Source: Diadema antillarum
Taxonomy: Eukaryota
DNA: 64,000 nt
Reading direction: 5' to 3'
Assembly: GCF_040938485.1 (NCBI RefSeq)
Contig: NW_027272360.1
Location: forward strand, 558,001-622,000
The translations under genes and the position numbers were made by a program. Position 1 is the stretch's first letter. Every line of letters begins with the position of its first letter. The notes beneath the pieces are model-generated. The model had not been told where the DNA came from. It was given only the letters and a program-made list of their open reading frames with translations, and ran no database searches. Shown in pieces: positions 57,917 to 64,000 of the stretch.

Positions 57917-57932
57917 TAGCGCCACCTACTGA
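57917..57932 (-). promoter_or_regulatory. CTCF-like motif
   Basis: Minus strand TCAGTAGGTGGCGCTA closely matches the CTCF core CCASYAGRKGGCRS. Motif match only. Confidence 0.4.
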
Positions 57933-58427
57933 TATTTTTTTTTCCGCTGTCACCAGACGAACATACATGTATTTTATTCAAGGCACGCCGCAGGAACCAT
58001 TTTCAGAATCTACTGTTTATGATGTGTTTGAAGTGTGGAGAAAGGTCATGGCTTGAAAAAATATATATATGAGATGTAGCGGATACGCAGAAAGTCCGAC
58101 AAATCATGAAAAATTGTCAAATTAGTTTAAGCCATGTTGAACTCGCCACAGGACGGAGTGTTTACACCACACATCCTTAATGTTTTCATATATTACAGTC
58201 ACTGAATTGCGATGGCAAAACAATGGTATCGCAGAACTTTTCAGTTAAAAACGAATATATGTATACATATATATAATTTTTTTTTTTAAATTCGAGGTCC
58301 ATTTCATGCTAATCTTTTACTCGAATAAAGTGTGCGTCTTCATGAGAGAGTAAAGTGCATAATAGAATTGAACAATCCAAAGACAAACCATCTATTACTG
58401 ATTTATATAGAAAAACGGTGTATATAC

Positions 58428-58463
<36 letters not shown>

Positions 58464-58554
58464 TGCTTTGATTTTAGTGGAGAAATATACGATACAGCAA
58501 GAAAAGGCGGCAATGCTCGTCGAGAAGGTAATCTCAGATCGTGTGCATGGTGTT

Positions 58555-59300
58555 TACAAGTTGATAGAGCTTTACAGAGGAAATCCATCCCCTAAAATAT
58601 ATACATTTCAAAAGAAAGAGAAAATTGTTCCCTACAGAACTATACAAAAATGAGAAAAATCGGATAAGAAATATTAATGACATTTAGAAATTACACATTT
58701 TTTCGGAAAACATTCCTTGACTATAGTTCTGATAAATGTTAAAACCAGCAATTTGACAATGTCATGATCTCACAATTTCCTACTGATTTCATATACAGNN
58801 NNNNNNNNNNNNNNNNNNNNNNNNNNNNNNNNNNNNNNNNNNNNNNNNNNNNNNNNNNNNNNNNNNNNNNNNNNNNNNNNNNNNNNNNNNNNNNNNNNNN
58901 NNNNNNNNNNNNNNNNNNNNNNNNNNNNNNNNNNNNNNNNACTTGTCCTAAAACCACCAAAAATGAAAAGGAGCAAATGTCAACTCTGATATATCTCGGT
59001 ATGGTAACATGCTTTACTTACATTAGCTCAAAATAACAATTTTTCTGAATTTCATATATAATATACATGAACAATTTTGAGGGTATGACATCACCAACTC
59101 ACTCATTTAGATATTCATGAGGACTTGTCAAGAAATGTTTTCCGAAAAACTGTAGAATTCCAAATTGTCATATCTCCTTTTAATATTTCTTATCCACTTT
59201 TTGTTACATTTGTATCATTCTGTAGAGAATATTTTTCTCTTTCTTTTAAAGTTTATTCATTTTTGGGACGGATTTCTTCTGTTAGTATAGAATGTCGTGC
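58555..59300. mobile_element. Decayed foldback element with long inverted arms spanning an assembly gap
   Basis: GGATAAGAAATATTA...TTTTCGGAAAACATTCCTTGAC is mirrored by GTCAAGAAATGTTTTCCGAAAAA...TAATATTTCTTATCC. Boundaries are approximate. Confidence 0.6.
58799..58940. other. Assembly gap (N run)
   Basis: Run of N. Confidence 1.
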
Positions 59301-59638
59301 TTTAGACAGGTGGAGCATAATATATTCCACTGAAAACAACAACAAACAAACCATAAAATGCATATATTCCATCCAAAATAACAGACCAGTTGGGTAATGT
59401 ATTCAAATTTTACGCATACTTTGTTCACAAAAGTTGCCTTCAACAAACTTAAAGATTGCCGGAGGCTTGCCCTACCTGTCCTATCAACAACTAGGTGAAT
59501 TCCTGCCGATGGAACCTAATAGGAAGGAGCAGGTGAATAAGGAAAAGAAACATCCCGAAAGTTTAACACGTTACAGAAACTGTCTATTGGAAAGAACACA
59601 GAAGTAAAAGCACTTTGTGTGGTAAAATGGTTCATATA

Positions 59639-60628
59639 CACTCAGCAAAAAAAGAAAGTAAACACTTTTTCGAGTTCATATTTTTTATAGAATATTTTGA
59701 TGAAAATCAATGTATTATATACCATATCAAAGGTAATTTAATTAGCTATCAAGTTTATAGCTTAAATCAAAAGGAAACTTTACGCATGAGTGAACATATT
59801 CATTTTTGCCCACCAAGGCACAAAAGTAAAAATTGCAAAATTTGACAAGTTGTCTCTCATTTGGCAATGTCCTTCAAGATAACAATGACAACAAAAAGCC
59901 AGTTTAACACAATGAGAGACATGAATGAAATAGCAAACAAGAAGGTTTTGTTCTCTTTTTTTCTTTGTAACATCAAACAAAAACAAAATGGGGAAACTAA
60001 AGGGGGAAAATAAGGATTTTCTGTCAGCTTAAACTTCAAATGACATAGGGAGTAATGGCATACAGATGATTAAATAAACAGAATTTCTTTATTTTATTCT
60101 CTATTTAGTAATTTAAGGATTCATGAGATGAATTTAAGAACCAAATATCATCTACAAGTTTTCCAATTTCAAAAGAAATTGAAATTTCGACCATTTTCGT
60201 TAATATTGCTTCTTCTCTTTATTTCATTTGAATAGGGGTTTGACCAAAGATTCTTCATTTTTCTCCCTTAGTTTTGGCCTTTATTGATATTTTGGGCTTC
60301 AAAGATATCATAGAGATCAAAGGTTTGCTTTATCAACTTAAGTAATGTATCTAATTGTGTTAAATTTGTCTTTTGTTCTTATTGTTACACGGAAGAGCAC
60401 TTGCACATGAATAACAACTTGTTCATTTTTGCAATTTTTGCTTTTGTGCCTTGGAAGAGAAAAACAAAGGTGTTCACTCATGCGTAAAGTTTCCCTTTTT
60501 AGTGACCTACTAGGCTGATAGCCAATTAAATTACCTTCAATATGGTATATAACACATTAACTTTTATCCAAATATTCTATGAGAAATATAAACTTGAAAA
60601 AATGTTTACTTTCTTTTTTTGCTGAGTG
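59639..60628. mobile_element. Non-autonomous DNA transposon of about 990 bp with long (>200 bp) TIRs, Tc1/mariner-like
   Basis: TA|CACTCAGCAAAAAAGAAAGTAAACA ... TGTTTACTTTCTTTTTTTGCTGAGTG. The arms also mirror GAAACTTTACGCATGAGTGAACA and CAAGGCACAAAAG..AAAATTGCAAAA. Confidence 0.75.
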
Positions 60629-60808
60629 TTTCGTTTATTATATAATTATGTATGTATGTATATAATCACTATAATATACACACACACAATTGCTAACAAA
60701 ACTTGCGCGCGAGACGTGACTGCGATGTTGAGCTGCAACCCCTTTAATTGAGCTTTATGGGCTGGTCGCCCTTCATCAGATCTACAATGACAATGTGTTA
60801 CAATTGTT

Positions 60809-60867
60809 ACACACACACACGCACACAAATGTGATGTGAATGTTATTAATAACATTCACATCACATT

Positions 60868-60886
<19 letters not shown>
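60809..60886. repeat. 78-bp perfect spacerless palindrome bounded by CA/TG microsatellites
   Basis: ACACACACACACGCACACAAATGTGATGTGAATGTTATT|AATAACATTCACATCACATTTGTGTGCGTGTGTGTGTGT. Confidence 0.95.
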
Positions 60887-60910
<24 letters not shown>

Positions 60911-61229
60911 GTGTTCTGTGATTGGGATCGTTCCCATTTAATCCATTATAAACTTCAAATACTCATTTTTTGGAACATCCAGCAACATAACAAACTTCCA
61001 TTTTTAATGTAGATGTATGTATGATGTATTATTATTTATGTGTCATTGGGAAGATTGAACGCTTGTTGAAGTAAATGTGAGATGGGGGTATGTAATGGTA
61101 GGTATGTATGAAAATATATCCATGTGTATGATTTATTCATGTACACGGATTAGTTGATATATATATATATATATGTGTATAACAGGAAAGGTATTAATTT
61201 GTAGAAATTGAAAATGAAAATTCACATTA

Positions 61230-61275
<46 letters not shown>

Positions 61276-61841
61276 GTAAAATACATATGCACACACGATT
61301 ACAAGATTCAATAATAACTACAAAGTTTTCGTACCTTCATATAATTATTATCAAATATATCAACTATCTCAGGGTTGAACATTAGCGGTGTCCCGGTGGT
61401 CAACGGAGATTAAAACTGGATGTCGCTCCATCAAGTTTCGAAAAAGGCCTTCTTTTGGGGGCCCGATGCTAGGGCAGCTAAAATTCAAAATGAATTCCTT
61501 TTAGTTCGGGCCACTAAAATGTCATATACAAAGATTGTATTGGCCCGCCCGGGCTACGCGAGAAAACAATAATCAAGTTACTGTTGAGCCCTGATACCAT
61601 ATAACAAGAAATCAAACTTGATTTAGACGCTGGATTTTCCTTTTTCTTATCTTCCGTGTTACGAGCCATTAACGTGTTATCCTGAAACCATTGTTTCGGG
61701 ATACCATTAAACTTCAATCCTGACAAGTTCAAATGAGATATAGCATGTTCGACCTTGGTTCTCGAAGCGTTTGCCCGAGACAGAAAACAGTAAATCAACT
61801 GACACTCTGCCTACCTGCATGATATCAGTGAACCACACATG

Positions 61842-61875
<34 letters not shown>

Positions 61876-63565
61876 TGTGTGTGTGTGTGTGTATGTGTGT
61901 AAGGGGTATAATCTCAGTCTTTGATTTGTGTCGGAATGCCCTTTTGCATGAGTTTCAAATAATGTTTCATCATCATTTTATTTTCAATTGCATTTTATAA
62001 ATAGCATTATATCAATCTATCATTCATATACAGAAGGTAGAGAAGTATCATTCGCTCACCAAAGCAAACCGTCCTAAACGGGTTAATAACCACTAAAAAG
62101 TGTTGCTGCAGAGTCACAGCGTAAATGCATTTACCAAGGAGGGTTGCTACATAGGCGAGCTTATGGTACCTTCTTGCACTGACAGAGATAGAAACATTAT
62201 GCTCTACAAATACATTTTGAATCAGTTTACAAAAGTCTGCAACAACTCTCTGCAATTAAACTGTTTGGACAATGACCTGGTGTCGTGATGAAACTCTGGT
62301 ATTCCAAGTACCACAACGTCTCATACTAACTCCAGGAATGCAAACCAAGAATACAAGGGAGGTATGTTTCAAACAGGTAATACTTGTATGAATTACTGCT
62401 CATGACGTTTTTCTTGAATGAGAGATGTAGCAGTCTCGAACAGCAAAAATATATAGATGCTATCCCCTTACTGTGTCTTTGTAAAAGCACACCAGATATT
62501 ATTATTTGAGTTTTTTAATTTTATTTAGCAGCGTAGACATCAGCTGCACTGTTTCTTTTCTAAATATGCTGCTTACTAATATAATCATTTGCATTTTCTC
62601 ATTATCTTCTTTCGGGTAAACCAAAATACATTTTGTGATAGAAAAAAAAAATTATCATTTTCCGTCATACATGATGTCTCACGTTAACAAAAAGTTTCGA
62701 TTTTCTGTGCCATTACTGATTACACAAGAACTTCTCTTGTCAAATTTTTGTTCAGGATACAGATATTCCATTTGATATTCTATTAAATATTCTGAAAATC
62801 AATCCTACTACTGTGTATGTACTGTGTATTCATACTACTCCATTATACTCTAACCATACTACAGCTAGCAGTGACTTTCATCTCATGTCCAAACCAGCAA
62901 TACAGCAATGCGATGTCTGCACTATTTCAACGGCAATGAAAGTCATCAAACAAGGATATCCTCAGATGACTTGATCGATAACGAAAACAGTGCGTGGTGT
63001 GGATTTGATCAACCTTCTAATTCTTCCCTTTTTCACCAACGTGGAAGGAGAAAAAAGTCACGTATTATCCATGGGTATGCCTCAAATTGGTGTCAACAAC
63101 AAGAACAACAACAACAACAACAATAACAGAAATTAAAGAGATAATGCACATAAACTTCTCAGTCAAAAGACATAAACTGTAAAAATATTTATTCAGGAAA
63201 TTCAAAGAACTATGACTATGGTAAGCTAATGATGCTACAATGTTTTCTTCCTCTTCCTCAAAACGTTCTTGAAATCTATCTTGCGTATTTTCTCCTTTTT
63301 TTGTGACAAAATTATGCCCCAAATATGGTGAAAAAAGTCATCATTCTGGAATGCCATGTTCTAACGAGATCAATTTGCGTGGTTATATGCAGTGTTGTAA
63401 ATAAAGGAGAATCAACTTCATACCAACAATCCGCTCTTTGTTCGCTAATAATTTTCTTTGAAGGAAAAGAAAAAGAAACTACCACCATTACACATCAAAT
63501 TGATGTGAATTATATCTCTACAAATAAATAATGTATTGTATCAACGATATAAAAAGAGCGGAGAG

Positions 63566-63710
63566 NNNNNNNNNNNNNNNNNNNNNNNNNNNNNNNNNNN
63601 NNNNNNNNNNNNNNNNNNNNNNNNNNNNNNNNNNNNNNNNNNNNNNNNNNNNNNNNNNNNNNNNNNNNNNNNNNNNNNNNNNNNNNNNNNNNNNNNNNNN
63701 NNNNNNNNNN
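63566..63710. other. Assembly gap (N run)
   Basis: Run of N. Confidence 1.
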
Positions 63711-64000
63711 TTTCCAGTACCAGAAGCTCGTTTAAATCTTTTATTTCTCCAAAACCTGGACATTCATCTTCAGTCAGATCAACGTAGCCTATCAAAATGT
63801 CAAGTACAAAGCTACCTCCGGGATGTTACATTCAACAATTATTGAACGTTTGATCAATGACATATTAGAGCCACTTATGATACCCGAGATTCAATAGAGA
63901 ATAGGCGATTGATAAAGTCCCATAGAAAGAGACAGAGAGAGAGAGAGAGAGAGATGTCTACAAACGAAAAATCTTTGCAACTTAATGGGCTTTTTCATCA

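Noticed and set aside
61500-63130. Short ORFs that might be exons of another gene
   Set aside because: No recognisable protein similarity and no consistent chain of splice sites.

Overview
Eukaryotic (animal) genomic DNA; the repeat landscape and gene content suggest an echinoderm such as a sea urchin, which is an inference. I rebuilt gene models by hand from splice sites and protein recognition. (1) The 5' three coding exons of DCTN5 (dynactin p25, minus strand, truncated by the window start). (2) A complete 12-exon SRP68 (plus, 601 aa), head-to-head with DCTN5, with only 85 bp between start codons and a U12-type (minor spliceosome) first intron. (3) A complete 13-exon KMO (kynurenine 3-monooxygenase, minus, 466 aa). 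(4) Two tandem intronless class-A GPCR paralogues (plus). The rest is introns and intergenic DNA dense in non-autonomous transposons (Helentron/HINE-like, Tc1/mariner-, piggyBac-, Kolobok- and Mutator-like MITEs), CR1/L2-type LINE fragments, a tRNA-SINE, microsatellites and two N gaps. The most interesting items are a Penelope-like foldback carrying a hammerhead ribozyme core in an SRP68 intron, a Mutator-like MITE whose terminus may supply the donor of a KMO 5'UTR intron, an in-frame triplicated splice donor in SRP68, the U12 intron, and charge-divergent GPCR paralogues. I found no convincing wholly novel multi-gene system. Most ORF-track entries are spurious.
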